Below, piece after piece: positions 18,971-29,614 of a stretch of 64,000 nt of DNA; within the stretch, counting starts at the first letter, position 1, and the number at the start of each line of letters is the position of its first letter. Both the position numbers and the translations under genes were made by a program. This DNA comes from an uncultured bacterium (GTDB lineage Bacteria; Chloroflexota; UBA5177; JANWHV01), in assembly GCA_963827235.1 (NCBI GenBank), contig CAWHAE010000009.1, positions 800,001 to 864,000 on the forward strand, in the 5' to 3' direction. Under the pieces are notes generated by a model. It searched no databases. It saw nothing but the letters and a program-made list of their open reading frames with translations, and was not told the DNA's origin.

Positions 18971-20305
18971 CTACCTTCTATCCGATGCGCCTGCTTCCAT
19001 CTTGGCATCGACCAGCGCCGAGAGGCGCTCGCGCACGTCTTCGAGCGGGATTCGCTCGATCAAGGGCGCCAGGAACCCGTTCACGATCAGACGCTCCGCT
19101 TCGCCGCGAGAGAGTCCGCGGCTCATCAGGTAGAACAGGTGATCCTCCGAGACCTTGCCCGCCGTCGCGCCGTGCGAGCAACGCACGTCGTTGGCAGCGA
19201 TCTCCAGGTTGGGGATAGAGTCCGCTCGCGCCGATGGGCTGAGTATCAGGTTGTTGTTCTTCTGGTAGGCGTCCGTCTTTTGCGCGCCTTCGTGCACACG
19301 GATGAGGCCCGAGTAGACGAGGCGAGAGCTGTCCTTGAGCACTCCTCGGAAAAGCAGGTTACTGGTGGCGTTGGGCGCGATGTGATCCTGGAGCGTGTGA
19401 TAGTCGACAAACTCGCTCCCGGAGAGGAAGTACAGGCCGAGGATCTCGCTCGTGGAACCCGGCTCCTGCATCTCGGTGTCGATATTGAGCTTCACCAGGC
19501 GGCCACCCATGGTCGCGGTGATCCAGGTGAGCGCGCTGTTCTTGTGCTGGTACGCTCGATGCACGCCGATTTGACGCACGCTGTCGTCCAGTTCCTGCAG
19601 AGTAACGAAGGTGAGCTTTGCTCCCTCGTGGAGAATGAGCTCGACGACCGGCACGCTCAGCGTGTCGTCGGCTCCGAGCGAGCCGGTTTCGTCGATAAAC
19701 GTCGCTTCGCTGTCGCGTCCCATCACCACGAGGGTGTGGGGGAAGGCACCGAGGCCGGGCTGATCCAGCCAGGTGCGGGCCTGCAGCGGCAGCTCGACTC
19801 TGACGCCGTCCGGCACGTAGACGAACGTGCCGCCGCTCCAGAGGGCGCCGTTCAAGGCGGCGAACTTGCTGAAGCCCGGCTTGACGGCAGCGGTCATGAA
19901 GGAAGAACGCACCAGGTCGCCGTGGTCGCGCACCGCCGTGTCCATGTCGGTCAGAATCACGCCTTTTGCCGCGCAGTCTGCCGAGAGTGTGCGCATGGCG
20001 GGAGTGGAAACATGGGAAACCAGAATGCCGGCGCGCGATTGCAGGGTGTGCTCGCTCGGCTGCCAGTCGTCCGGAAGCGGCACGGTGCCGTTAGGCTCGG
20101 GCATGCGCAGAGCGCCCATGTCGATGGCGCGAAGCTGCGGCTGCGTACGGCGCCACTCCTCGTCGGTGATTGCCGGCATTGGTGTCGCTTCGTACGTCTC
20201 CCAGGCGCCCTGGCGTAGATCGCGCATCCACCGGGGCTCGTCGTTACGCTGAGCGAGAGCCTGCACGGCCTCGCCAGAAAGGGTCGACGTCAACTCTACG
20301 GTCAT
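18971..20305 (-). CDS. sufD: Fe-S cluster assembly protein SufD
   Basis: EEWRRT, AQKTDAYQ, PNLEI..NDVRCSHGAT, FYLMSRG. Confidence 0.93.
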   Translation of the reverse strand: MTVELTSTLSGEAVQALAQRNDEPRWMRDLRQGAWETYEATPMPAITDEEWRRTQPQLRAIDMGALRMPEPNGTVPLPDDWQPSEHTLQSRAGILVSHVSTPAMRTLSADCAAKGVILTDMDTAVRDHGDLVRSSFMTAAVKPGFSKFAALNGALWSGGTFVYVPDGVRVELPLQARTWLDQPGLGAFPHTLVVMGRDSEATFIDETGSLGADDTLSVPVVELILHEGAKLTFVTLQELDDSVRQIGVHRAYQHKNSALTWITATMGGRLVKLNIDTEMQEPGSTSEILGLYFLSGSEFVDYHTLQDHIAPNATSNLLFRGVLKDSSRLVYSGLIRVHEGAQKTDAYQKNNNLILSPSARADSIPNLEIAANDVRCSHGATAGKVSEDHLFYLMSRGLSRGEAERLIVNGFLAPLIERIPLEDVRERLSALVDAKMEAGASDRR

Positions 20306-20306
20306 A

Positions 20307-21710
20307 CTAGCCGACACTACCTTCCATCTCCAGCTGGATCAGCCGGTTGAGCTCAACCGCGTACTCGAGCGGCAGCTCCTTGGCCACCGGCTCGATGAAT
20401 CCGCGCACGATCATGGCCGTCGCGTCCGCCGCGGAGAGCCCGCGGCTCTGCAAATAGAACAGCTGCTCCTCGCCGACTTTCGTGACGGTCGCCTCGTGTG
20501 CCGTCTCGACGTCATCCTCTTCGATCTCGATGTAGGGATAGGTATCCGTGCGGCTGCTCTCGTCGAGCAGCAGCGCGTCGCACACGACCGTCGATTTCGA
20601 GCCCTTCGAGCCCTTGTGCATCTTGAGCAGGCCGCGATAGCTGGCGCGACCGGTGCCCTTGCTGATCGACTTGGAGGTGATCACCGAGGACGTGTTGGGC
20701 GCCACGTGCACCACCTTGCCACCGGCGTCGAGGTGCTGCCCGTCCGTGGCGAAGGCAATGGAGAGCACTTCGCCGCGCGCGCCGGGCTCCATCAGCCAGA
20801 TGGCGGGGTACTTCATGGTCACCTTCGAGCCCAGGTTGCCGTCGACCCACTCCATCGTGGCGTCCCGGTAGGCCATGGCCCGCTTGGTGACCAGGTTGTA
20901 GACGTTCTTCGACCAGTTTTGAATCGTCGTGTAGCGGCAGCGGCCGCCTTTCTTCACGATGATCTCGACCACCGCCGAGTGCAGGGAATCCGAGCTGTAG
21001 GTCGGCGCCGTGCAGCCTTCGACGTAGTGCACGTAGGCGCCCTCGTCGACGATGATCAGCGTGCGCTCGAACTGTCCCATGTTCTCGGCGTTGATGCGGA
21101 AGTAGGCCTGCAGGGGCAGGTCGACGTGCACGCCCTTCGGCACGTAGATGAAGCTGCCGCCACTCCAGACCGCGCTGTTGAGCGCGGCGAACTTGTTGTC
21201 GTTTGGCGGGATGATGGTGCCGAAGTACTGCTTGAAGATCTCGGGCTGTTCCTTCAAGGCTACGCCCGTGTCGAGGAAGATCACGCCCTGTTTGGTGAGG
21301 TCTTCGCGCAGCTTGTGGTAAATGGTCTCCGACTCGTACTGGGCGCCCACGCCGGCGAGGAACTTCTTCTCCGCCTCGGGAATACCGAGCCGATCGAACG
21401 TGTTCTTGATACCCTCGGGCACTTCGTCCCAGTTGCGCCCGGCCCGCTCAGACGGCTTCACGTAGTAGAAGATGTTGCCGAAGTCGATGTCGGAGAGATC
21501 GGCGCCCCAGTTCGGCATGGGACGGCGGTTGAAGTACTCGAGGGCCTTGAGCCGGAACTTCAGCATCCATTCGGGCTCGTCCTTCATCTCGGAGATCTTG
21601 CGCACGACTTCGGGCGTCAGGCCGCGTCCGGACTTGAAGACGTAGTCCTCCGGGTCGCTGAAGCCGTACTGGTAGTCGGTATTGACCTGGTCGATCGTGT
21701 TTACTGCCAT
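20307..21710 (-). CDS. sufB: Fe-S cluster assembly protein SufB
   Basis: [43 protein letters not shown] end. No intein visible. Confidence 0.97.
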   Translation of the reverse strand: MAVNTIDQVNTDYQYGFSDPEDYVFKSGRGLTPEVVRKISEMKDEPEWMLKFRLKALEYFNRRPMPNWGADLSDIDFGNIFYYVKPSERAGRNWDEVPEGIKNTFDRLGIPEAEKKFLAGVGAQYESETIYHKLREDLTKQGVIFLDTGVALKEQPEIFKQYFGTIIPPNDNKFAALNSAVWSGGSFIYVPKGVHVDLPLQAYFRINAENMGQFERTLIIVDEGAYVHYVEGCTAPTYSSDSLHSAVVEIIVKKGGRCRYTTIQNWSKNVYNLVTKRAMAYRDATMEWVDGNLGSKVTMKYPAIWLMEPGARGEVLSIAFATDGQHLDAGGKVVHVAPNTSSVITSKSISKGTGRASYRGLLKMHKGSKGSKSTVVCDALLLDESSRTDTYPYIEIEEDDVETAHEATVTKVGEEQLFYLQSRGLSAADATAMIVRGFIEPVAKELPLEYAVELNRLIQLEMEGSVG

Positions 21711-21711
21711 G

Positions 21712-22485
21712 TCAGGCCGCCTCTCCGCTCTCCCCATATTGCTGTTCCACCCACTCGTAGCCACGGCGCTCGAGGTCTTTGGCCAACTCCTTGTCGCCCG
21801 TGGTGACGATCTTGCCAGCGAGCATCACGTGCACGTAGTCCGGCACGATGTAGTCGAGCAAGCGCTGATAGTGGGTGATCACCAGCGTGCCAAGGTTGGG
21901 ACCGCGTTGCGCATTCACGCCATCGGAGACGATTCGCATGGCGTCGATGTCCAGACCCGAATCGGTCTCGTCGAGGACGGCGAACTTGGGTTGCAGCACG
22001 GCCATCTGCAGGATCTCGGCGCGCTTCTTCTCGCCGCCGGAGAAACCGTCGTTCAGGTACCGTTTGAGGAAGTCCTCATCCATCTTCAGCAGGGCCAGCT
22101 TCTCGATCAGGGCCTTGCGGAATTCGCGAACGGCAAGGGGCTTCCCGCCCGCGGGGGTGTGTACGGCGTTATAGGCCATGCGAAGGAAGTTGAACATCGG
22201 GACACCGGGCACCGAGCTCGGGTATTGGAAGGCCAGGAACAAGCCGCGTTTGGCCCGCTCATCCGGGCTGAGCCCCAGAATGCTCTCGCCGTCGACCAGC
22301 ACGTCGCCGCCGACGACCTCGTAGCTCGGGTGCCCCATGAGCGTGCTGGCCAGCGTGCTCTTGCCGGAGCCGTTCTTTCCCATCAGCGCGTGAGTCTCGC
22401 CTGTGCGCACCGTCAAGTTGATCCCTCTAAGAATCTCGTTTCCCTCGACGCTTACGCGCAGATCCTTGATTACCAGATTGCTCAT
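21712..22485 (-). CDS. sufC: Fe-S cluster assembly ATPase SufC
   Basis: [35 protein letters not shown]. Confidence 0.96.
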   Translation of the reverse strand: MSNLVIKDLRVSVEGNEILRGINLTVRTGETHALMGKNGSGKSTLASTLMGHPSYEVVGGDVLVDGESILGLSPDERAKRGLFLAFQYPSSVPGVPMFNFLRMAYNAVHTPAGGKPLAVREFRKALIEKLALLKMDEDFLKRYLNDGFSGGEKKRAEILQMAVLQPKFAVLDETDSGLDIDAMRIVSDGVNAQRGPNLGTLVITHYQRLLDYIVPDYVHVMLAGKIVTTGDKELAKDLERRGYEWVEQQYGESGEAA

Positions 22486-22525
22486 ACTTCCTAATCCATC
22501 CTCTCTCAGAGCGCGCGGAGCGTGG

Positions 22526-23044
22526 TTACCCGACGGTCGGGCCGGGCGAGACGGTCTTCTCGCCGTTGCCGGACCACGTTCCGGCAAGCATTGGTAGAGG
22601 GGTCACGTCTTTACGCAATCTCACGAACTGCACGTGCTCGGGCATCAGGTCGGCCAGGGTCGTGGTGTCCAGGGCCCCGGCTACCGCGTCGCGCACGCGC
22701 CGCCACAGCTCTTTGCTCCCGCACATGCTCTCGCGGCCGCACTGCATGGTGGCGCCGTCCATGGGAGCGCAGAGCATGGGAGCTATCGTCTCTTCCAGCA
22801 CGTCGATCACGTCGCTCATCACCACGTCCGACGGCGCACGGCTCAGCTCGTACCCACCATGCACGCCCTGGTGGCTGATCACGAGCCCGGCGCGGCGCAA
22901 TAAGGCCACTATTTGTTCCAGGTAGGGCAAGGGCATGCTCTGGTCGCGCGCGATCTCCGTGAGCGAGAGCGGCCCGAACCCGTAATGAACCGCAAGCTCG
23001 GTCATCACGCGCACACCGTATTCGCTGCGTTTAGAGAATTGCAT
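22526..23044 (-). CDS. Rrf2-family transcriptional regulator (IscR-like, three Cys)
   Basis: YLEQI..L.RAGLV.S..G..GGY.L; C-x9-C-x5-C cluster; first gene of the suf operon. Confidence 0.92.
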   Translation of the reverse strand: MQFSKRSEYGVRVMTELAVHYGFGPLSLTEIARDQSMPLPYLEQIVALLRRAGLVISHQGVHGGYELSRAPSDVVMSDVIDVLEETIAPMLCAPMDGATMQCGRESMCGSKELWRRVRDAVAGALDTTTLADLMPEHVQFVRLRKDVTPLPMLAGTWSGNGEKTVSPGPTVG

Positions 23045-23059
23045 CTCATGCCTCGTGGA

Positions 23060-23116
23060 AAAACTCTTACTACATTACTCAGGTTTTATCGTAGCACTCG
23101 ATCAGGGGCACGTCAA
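23060..23116 (-). promoter_or_regulatory. Sigma70 promoter of the Rrf2-suf operon with an adjacent Rrf2-type operator
   Basis: TTGACG(23116-23111)-17 nt-TACGAT(23093-23088) with an extended TG. AT-rich imperfect palindrome AAAACCTGAGTAATGTAGTAAGAGTTTT (23087-23060) covers the predicted start site. Confidence 0.7.
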
Positions 23117-23290
23117 ACTCCGATATGGCTAGTAGGGGTTCGACCGTCGTGACAGAAGATCCGCGCTTGAGGCCGCGGACTGATGGCAGCCGGTGGCGCG
23201 CCGCGGGGCCGGATTTGCACGACCTGCAGCGGCTGAGACCCCGGTCGGAAGCTCCGGAGTATGCTATGAGTATTGCCGAAGGGCCCTTCG

Positions 23291-26149
23291 ATGAGCGATC
23301 TGAGCTACGACGTCTTTCTCTCCTACAACAGCAAAGACCGCACCGCTGTGACGGAGATTGCCCACGCGTTGCGGCAAGATGGGGTGGAGCCGTGGCTGGA
23401 TCACTGGCGCCTGACTCCCGGCGGCGACTGGCAGTCGGAGCTGGTCGCCGGCATGCGCAGCAGCCGCGCCTGTGCCGTATTTGTCGGACCGCACAGCGTC
23501 GGTGCCTGGTCCGCCATGGAAGTCCGCCTGGCGCTCGATCGGACTGCCAAGGACCCGGCGTTTCGCTGTTTTCCCGTGTTGCTGCCCGGGGTGCCGGAGC
23601 CGTTCGACCCCGACCTGTTGCCGCCGTTCCTCGGCGTGTTCACCTGGGTCAACTTCACCGGCGGTACGCAGGATCCCGTTGCCCTCCAACACCTGATCAG
23701 TGCTATTCGCGGCTTGGCGTTCGGCGTATCGGCGCCGCCCAGTGTCGCGAGCGCTACGATACCCGACCGGACAGACATACCGCCGCCGCCGTCGCCCGCG
23801 ACCCCTCCTCCGTCCAATCTGCCAGCCGCGGTCACGAGCTTCGTGGGGCGCGAGCAGGAACGCGTCCAGCTGACGTCCTTGCTCGAGCGTGACCTGGAGG
23901 CGGGAGGCTGCCGCCTGCTGACCCTGGTGGGGCCTGGAGGATGCGGCAAGACGCGACTGGCGCTGGCCGCTGCCGAAGCCGTGCGCCCGCGCTTTGCCGA
24001 CGGCGTCTGGCTGGCAAGCCTGGCGGCAATCGGCGATCCCGCCCTGGTGCCCGCGGAGGTGGCGGGCATTCTCAGCCTGCACGAAGAGCCCGGGCGATCG
24101 GTGCAGGCGACGGTCGCCGACTACGTGAAGTCGAGGACGCTGCTGCTGGTGCTGGACAACTGTGAGCACCTCGTGGAGGCAGTCGCGCGGCTGGCGACCA
24201 CGCTGCTGCCTGCCGCCCCTCATCTGCGCATACTGGCGAGCAGCAGGGAGCCGCTGGGTGTCGCGGGCGAGCAGACATACCGAGTGCCGTCACTGCAGGC
24301 CCCGGAGGCGGGTGCCGGGTGCGGCGCCGAGGAAGCGGCCGATTATCCGGCGGTGCGGCTGTTCGTGGAGCGCGCTCGGGCGTCCAAGCACGACTTCGCG
24401 CTCACGGACCAGAACGCACCGGCAGTGGCGGCGATCTGCGCCCGGCTCGATGGCCTTCCTCTTGCACTGGAGCTCGCGGCAGCGCGATTGAGCGTCCTCT
24501 CACCGGAGGCGATCGCCGGACGCCTGAGCGATCGCTTCAAGCTGCTGACCGGCGGCCCGCGCACCGCGCTTCCCCGGCAGCAGACCCTGCGGGCCGCACT
24601 GGACTGGAGCTACGATCTGCTGGCCGAGCCCGAGCAGGCGCTGCTGCGCGGTCTGAGCGTATTTGCAGGCGGCTGCACGCTCGAGGCGGCCGAAACGGTC
24701 TGTGCCTCCGGCGTCGTGGAGATCTGGGAAGTGCTGGATCTGCTGACCGCACTCGTCAACAAGTCATTGCTGCAAGTGGTCGACGTCGTGGAGGAGCCGC
24801 GGTACCGCCTGCTGGAGACCGTGCGCCAGTATGCCGCCGACCGACGCCAGGTCGCCGGTGAGAGCACGGCGCAGCAGAATCGGCTGCTGGCCTGGTGCGT
24901 GGAGTTGGCGCGCCATGCCGAGCCGGCCCTGCGAGGACCGGAGCAGGTCCGCTGGCTGGCCCTCCTGGAGGTCGAGCTGGACAACGTGCGCGCCGCGCTG
25001 GCCTGGAGCATGGACGATGCGGCGCATGCTGGCGACGGTCTGAAGCTCGCCGGACTGCTGAGTGACTTCTGGCCGGTACACGGGCATTTCGGCGAGGGTA
25101 GGCGGTGGCTGGAGAAGGCACTGGCAATCTCTCCAGCATCCGAGGACGAGGCTCGCATCCGCGCCCAGGTGGCAGCCGGCAAGCTGGCACACAACATGGG
25201 AGATTACACGGACGCGCGTGCACACTACGAGGCCGCGCTGGCGTCACGGCGTCGCGGCGGCGACGAAGCGGGCGCGGCGGATACGCTACGCCGGCTGGGC
25301 AACGTGGCGATGAGGCAGAGCCGCTTCGCCGAGGCTGTGGCCTTCTACCGGCAGAGCCTCCAGATCTGCTCGGCTTTGGCAGATCGCTGGGGCGAGGCGG
25401 CAGCCCATAACAACCTCGGTATGGTGGCGGATACGAGCGGCGACCTCGCCGAAGCCGCGCAGCAGTATTCCGAGGCCTTGGCAGTGTTTCGAGCCGAGCA
25501 GGACCATTGGAGCACGGCCTCGGTGCTCAACAACCTGGGACTACTAGCGTACGAGCAGGGCGATTACGCTCGGGCGGCAGCATACCTCGACGAAGCACTG
25601 CGTATCCGGCGCGGCCTGGAAGACAAGCCGGGAATGGCAGAGACGATGGACAACCTGGCCCTCGCGGCGTTCGACGGAGGCGACGCCACCAGGGCACGGG
25701 CGCTGTACGAAGAGAGCCTCTCGCTGAGCAGGACAATGGGAAACAAGGCTATGGTGGCCCTGGCGTGCCAGAATCTTGCCGAGATATTGCAGGCGGAGGG
25801 CGACGGCACCGAAGCCTCTCGCTTACTCCTGGAAGCGCTCGCCCTGCGACAGGCTCTGGGCGACACGCTTGGCCTGGCCGCCGCGCTCGAGGGGGTGGCG
25901 ATGACTCTCGCCGTGGGCACCCGGCACGAGGCGGCGGTACGCCTGCTTGGCGCCGCTTCGTCGCTGCGCGCCGGGATAAGCACGCCCGTTGCATCTCCGC
26001 AGCGTGCCGCCTACGAGCATCTCGTGACCGAAGCACGATCGGTGCTTGGGGCCGAGCGTTACGACGCCGCTTGGGAGGCGGGTCGCACGCTCAGCAGCGA
26101 GCAGGCCGTCGCACTGGCGCGCCAAGAGATCTGGCTCCCGGACGGCTGA
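23291..26149 (+). CDS. TIR domain + STAND (NB-ARC-like) ATPase + winged helix + TPR protein
   Basis: YDVFLSYNSKD…WLD…WSAME (TIR_2-like); NLP..TSFVGRE, GPGGCGKT, LLVLDNCEH, GLPLALELAAA; LNNLG TPR array. Confidence 0.92.
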   Translation: MSDLSYDVFLSYNSKDRTAVTEIAHALRQDGVEPWLDHWRLTPGGDWQSELVAGMRSSRACAVFVGPHSVGAWSAMEVRLALDRTAKDPAFRCFPVLLPGVPEPFDPDLLPPFLGVFTWVNFTGGTQDPVALQHLISAIRGLAFGVSAPPSVASATIPDRTDIPPPPSPATPPPSNLPAAVTSFVGREQERVQLTSLLERDLEAGGCRLLTLVGPGGCGKTRLALAAAEAVRPRFADGVWLASLAAIGDPALVPAEVAGILSLHEEPGRSVQATVADYVKSRTLLLVLDNCEHLVEAVARLATTLLPAAPHLRILASSREPLGVAGEQTYRVPSLQAPEAGAGCGAEEAADYPAVRLFVERARASKHDFALTDQNAPAVAAICARLDGLPLALELAAARLSVLSPEAIAGRLSDRFKLLTGGPRTALPRQQTLRAALDWSYDLLAEPEQALLRGLSVFAGGCTLEAAETVCASGVVEIWEVLDLLTALVNKSLLQVVDVVEEPRYRLLETVRQYAADRRQVAGESTAQQNRLLAWCVELARHAEPALRGPEQVRWLALLEVELDNVRAALAWSMDDAAHAGDGLKLAGLLSDFWPVHGHFGEGRRWLEKALAISPASEDEARIRAQVAAGKLAHNMGDYTDARAHYEAALASRRRGGDEAGAADTLRRLGNVAMRQSRFAEAVAFYRQSLQICSALADRWGEAAAHNNLGMVADTSGDLAEAAQQYSEALAVFRAEQDHWSTASVLNNLGLLAYEQGDYARAAAYLDEALRIRRGLEDKPGMAETMDNLALAAFDGGDATRARALYEESLSLSRTMGNKAMVALACQNLAEILQAEGDGTEASRLLLEALALRQALGDTLGLAAALEGVAMTLAVGTRHEAAVRLLGAASSLRAGISTPVASPQRAAYEHLVTEARSVLGAERYDAAWEAGRTLSSEQAVALARQEIWLPDG

Positions 26150-26311
26150 TGCGCCGACTTCGTCAAACAGCGTGAGATCGGATCATACCGGCAAACTCGG
26201 CGTCACGCGCTGAAGGCTCATGCGTCGCCAAATAGGCCCAGGGGGAATGGCTTGCTTCAGACCGCGTGTGCGGCGGCCTGCACGCTGAGTCGCACACGGA
26301 CACAGGACCAC

Positions 26312-26346
26312 TTGCCATACAATCCTACTACTAGTAGGATTGAGCC
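26312..26346 (+). promoter_or_regulatory. TA promoter with a perfect palindromic operator; leaderless transcript predicted
   Basis: TTGCCA(26312)-17 nt-TAGGAT(26335); CAATCCTACTA-C-TAGTAGGATTG (26320-26342); ATG 6 nt after the -10 with no SD. Confidence 0.75.
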
Positions 26347-26568
26347 ATGAGGTATACCAAGATCTCGGTCACGCTCGCACCGGAAGTCGAGGCTGAGTTG
26401 CGCCGAGTCGCGGGCGCCCGCGGCATGTCGGCGTTCGTCAATGAGGCGGTCCGGCAGCGGCTCCAGGCTTCCCGGCTGCGCAACATGCTCGACGAGATGG
26501 CAGTGGAATCTGGCCCGATTCCCGAGGACGTACGTCGAGAGGTTGACGGCCTGATGTGGCCAGACTGA
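26347..26568 (+). CDS. vapB: Ribbon-helix-helix antitoxin (VapB-like)
   Basis: TKISVTL…LR..AG.RGMSAFVNEAV; 73 aa; overlaps the downstream PIN gene. Confidence 0.75.
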   Translation: MRYTKISVTLAPEVEAELRRVAGARGMSAFVNEAVRQRLQASRLRNMLDEMAVESGPIPEDVRREVDGLMWPD

Positions 26569-26945
26569 TTCTCGACAGCGGAGCCGTGTTTGCGCTCGCC
26601 GCCAACCAGCCACGAGCACGGCAGTTCGTAGAACGCGCCCTGCGCGAGCGCACACCGCTGATCATCCCGGCCGTTGTCCTCGCGGAGACCACTCGCGGCA
26701 GTGGCCGGGATGCGCGAGTCAACCGGGTGGTGAGGACAGTGCATGACATCACGCCTGTTACTGAGAACATCGCGCGCGAGGCAGGTCGCCTGCTTGCTGC
26801 CGCAAACGTCGGCAACGCTACCGTGGATGCGCTGATCGCGGCAGAGGCGGTGCTGCATGGGCCGGCAATCATCCTGACCGGCGATCCGGCCGACATCATT
26901 GCGCTTGTGGATGATCGTCCGCACGTTCGCGTCTATTCGATCTGA
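26556..26945 (+). CDS. vapC: PIN-domain toxin (VapC-like)
   Basis: LILDSG, VLAE, VDALIAA, LTGDPAD acidic PIN residues; 129 aa. Confidence 0.85.
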   Translation: MARLILDSGAVFALAANQPRARQFVERALRERTPLIIPAVVLAETTRGSGRDARVNRVVRTVHDITPVTENIAREAGRLLAAANVGNATVDALIAAEAVLHGPAIILTGDPADIIALVDDRPHVRVYSI

Positions 26946-27041
26946 CCAACCAATCACGCAAGCTCGCCGCTGCCTTGGGCCGGCGCGAGGCGAATCCGTG
27001 ACCGTTACAGACGAGAGAAGTCTCGATCGTAGCCGCGGGGA

Positions 27042-29474
27042 TCAGTCGACGGCCGCCAGGCTGAACAGCAAGGAATCGGCTTCCTGCTCGTCGAGCAACG
27101 TGGCCTTGGGATCGACGAGACGCGTGACGACGACCTCCACGCGTCCGCTGCTGTCCAGCAGGGCGAAGCCGTCGCCGCGATAGGCGTGGTGTGCCGGAAT
27201 CACACTGACCACCACGCCCGCCAGCGACTGCAGCGCGAGGGGACTGACTCCCGTGCCGACGAAGGGCGCGCTCGGCTTGAGCGAGCGCAGGGCATCCGCC
27301 TGCAGCTGCGCCGCGGTGGGCGCTTTGGTGTAGCGGCGAGCCGAGAGGGTGATGGTGAGTCGCCCGTCCCGCGATCCGAAAACGTCCGTGGTGCCCACCC
27401 GGTGCCACGTCACGGGCAGGTCAACGCGCAAGTGCGGCAGGGACAGCGTTCTGCTCGTCACGCGGGACGCCGCGATTTCGCTGCGCGCCCCAAGCATCGT
27501 GACCAGCCCGCCCTGCACGCCCGGCATGAGGCGTGCCAGTGTCTTCAGGGTGACCTGGGCGGTTGCACTGGGAATGGCAAAGCCGAACTGGCCGGGCATT
27601 GCGCAGGTCGTCTGCTCATCGAGCCTCAGGGTATTGATACCCACGACCAGGCCGCGAGTGTCGAGCAGCGGGCCGCCGCTGTTGCCCTGGGTGACGGACG
27701 CGTCGTGCTGGATCCAGCCTGCTCCACCGCACTTGCCAAGATCACGGGCTGTGGCATTGATCTCGCCGCGCGTGACGGAAGGAGGGCCGAGCAGGTTGAA
27801 GGCATCGCCGTAGCCCACGGCCACGACCGGCGTGAGCGGTGTGAGCCTGGTCGAATCGCCCCACTGCAACGGCCGCAGCGTGGTCGGCTGTATGAGCAGG
27901 ATTGCCAGGTCTTGCGTGGTGCCGTCGTCCGCGCCGGTAGTGAGCAAGGCTACTACCGAGTAGCGCGTGCGGCCATCGGGCAGATAGACGGCGAGCTTAT
28001 CCCTGGTGACGCCGTCGACCACGTGCTTGTTCGTGGCAAGGTAGGTACCGGTGGCGTCGGCGCGAATGACAAAGGCACTGCCCTGCTCGGCCAGGTCCCC
28101 AGGCAGCAGTTTCACCACGCGGAGCACGCTAGGCTCAACGCATTTGCCGAACGTGGCCGTGGTGATCGCGGCGCAGCCGGTAGCAGGTGGAAGCGGGACG
28201 TGGTGTGGCGACGGCGTCGGACCGCCGGGTGGTGGCGCGGCCGGGCTCGCGGACGGTCCCACGATCGCCATGCTCTTGCCGTAGGCGGCTCCGATGCTCT
28301 GGACATGCCCGAGCCCGGCTACGCGCTGCGGACTTCCGCGGCTGTTGGTCGTGGTGTCGCCGAGCTGCCCATACTCGTCGTCGCCCCAAGCCCAGACCGA
28401 GCCGTTGGCCAGCAGGGCCAGACTATGAGAGGAACCGGCGGCAATTGCCGTCACGCCACTCAACCCGGCGACCTGCTGCGGGCTGCTGCGCATGTACACG
28501 TTGGCCACTTCGGGGCTGATGCCGAGCTGGCCGTAGCGATTGTTGCCCCACGCCCACACGGTGCCGTTCTGCGCCAGCGCCAGTACGTGGCCTGCACCGG
28601 CGGCAAGGGCTTTCACGCCGCTCAGGCCGGGAACGAGCAGCGGCTTGGCGACGCTACTGCCGGTAATCGTGTCGTCTTCCCCCAGCTGGCCGTACTCGTT
28701 ATTGCCCCAGGCCCAGACCGATCCGTCCCTCGCCACCGCCAGACTGAACGAATCGCCCGCGGCGACGACACGCGCCGTGGGTAGGCCGGGCACCTGCTGC
28801 GGCAAGCTGCGCCGGTAGGCCGCGCTCTGAGGCACGCCGAGCTGGCCGTAGCCGTTGTCGCCCCACGCCCAGACGGTGCCGTCATTCTTCAGTGCCAGAC
28901 CAAAGCCGGCGCCGGCGGCGATTTGCTTTACGCCGCTCAGACCGGCAACACGCTGCGGCACGACGCTTCTGTACGATGCCGTGGGATCGATGCCGAGCTG
29001 GCCCAGTTGGTTCTCTCCCCAGGCCCAAACCGTGCCGTCCGTCGCCAGCGCCAGGCTGAAATAGTCGCCCGCGGCCACGGCGCGTACGCTCTTCAACCCG
29101 GCTACCTGCTGTGGAATGCCGAATCCGGTGCTGTTGGGGCCGAGGCCGAGCTGGCCATAGCCGTTGTTGCCCCAGACCCACAGCGATCCGTCCGTGGTCA
29201 CCGCCAGCACGTGACTGGAGCCTGCCGTGACGGCGCGCGCGCCACTCAGCCCGGGCACGCGCCACGGGCTGAGCCGGTTGGTCGTGCTGCCGTCGGCTAT
29301 CTCACCACTGCCGTTGTAGCCCCATATCCAGACAGTCGCGCTCGATGCCGCCCGGACCACGGAGCCCATGGACGACGCCTGCGTCGCCGGAAGCGCGGCC
29401 GGCACCGCCAGGAACAACGCGCAGAGCAGCGCGCCGCGGGCCAGAAGAGAGGTGACCAAAGACGATCCCCGCAT
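27042..29474 (-). CDS. Secreted RCC1/BLIP-II seven-blade propeller + trypsin-like (S1C/HtrA-like) serine protease + unknown C-terminal domain
   Basis: Signal peptide; seven VWAWG.N..GQLG repeats; Pro linker; TNKHVV, DLAIL, GNSGGPL catalytic triad. Confidence 0.88.
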   Translation of the reverse strand: MRGSSLVTSLLARGALLCALFLAVPAALPATQASSMGSVVRAASSATVWIWGYNGSGEIADGSTTNRLSPWRVPGLSGARAVTAGSSHVLAVTTDGSLWVWGNNGYGQLGLGPNSTGFGIPQQVAGLKSVRAVAAGDYFSLALATDGTVWAWGENQLGQLGIDPTASYRSVVPQRVAGLSGVKQIAAGAGFGLALKNDGTVWAWGDNGYGQLGVPQSAAYRRSLPQQVPGLPTARVVAAGDSFSLAVARDGSVWAWGNNEYGQLGEDDTITGSSVAKPLLVPGLSGVKALAAGAGHVLALAQNGTVWAWGNNRYGQLGISPEVANVYMRSSPQQVAGLSGVTAIAAGSSHSLALLANGSVWAWGDDEYGQLGDTTTNSRGSPQRVAGLGHVQSIGAAYGKSMAIVGPSASPAAPPPGGPTPSPHHVPLPPATGCAAITTATFGKCVEPSVLRVVKLLPGDLAEQGSAFVIRADATGTYLATNKHVVDGVTRDKLAVYLPDGRTRYSVVALLTTGADDGTTQDLAILLIQPTTLRPLQWGDSTRLTPLTPVVAVGYGDAFNLLGPPSVTRGEINATARDLGKCGGAGWIQHDASVTQGNSGGPLLDTRGLVVGINTLRLDEQTTCAMPGQFGFAIPSATAQVTLKTLARLMPGVQGGLVTMLGARSEIAASRVTSRTLSLPHLRVDLPVTWHRVGTTDVFGSRDGRLTITLSARRYTKAPTAAQLQADALRSLKPSAPFVGTGVSPLALQSLAGVVVSVIPAHHAYRGDGFALLDSSGRVEVVVTRLVDPKATLLDEQEADSLLFSLAAVD

Positions 29475-29614
29475 AGCAGCACCCCCAGGATGTTGGTGCC
29501 GGCAACAGCCACCCGGGCCGAGGGTTGCCGAGCCCTGATCGAGAGTGCCGGTAGGATTGCGGGCGGTGACGCACGTTGCCTTCCGGAAGCAGGCGCCGGC
29601 ACGATTCACACACC

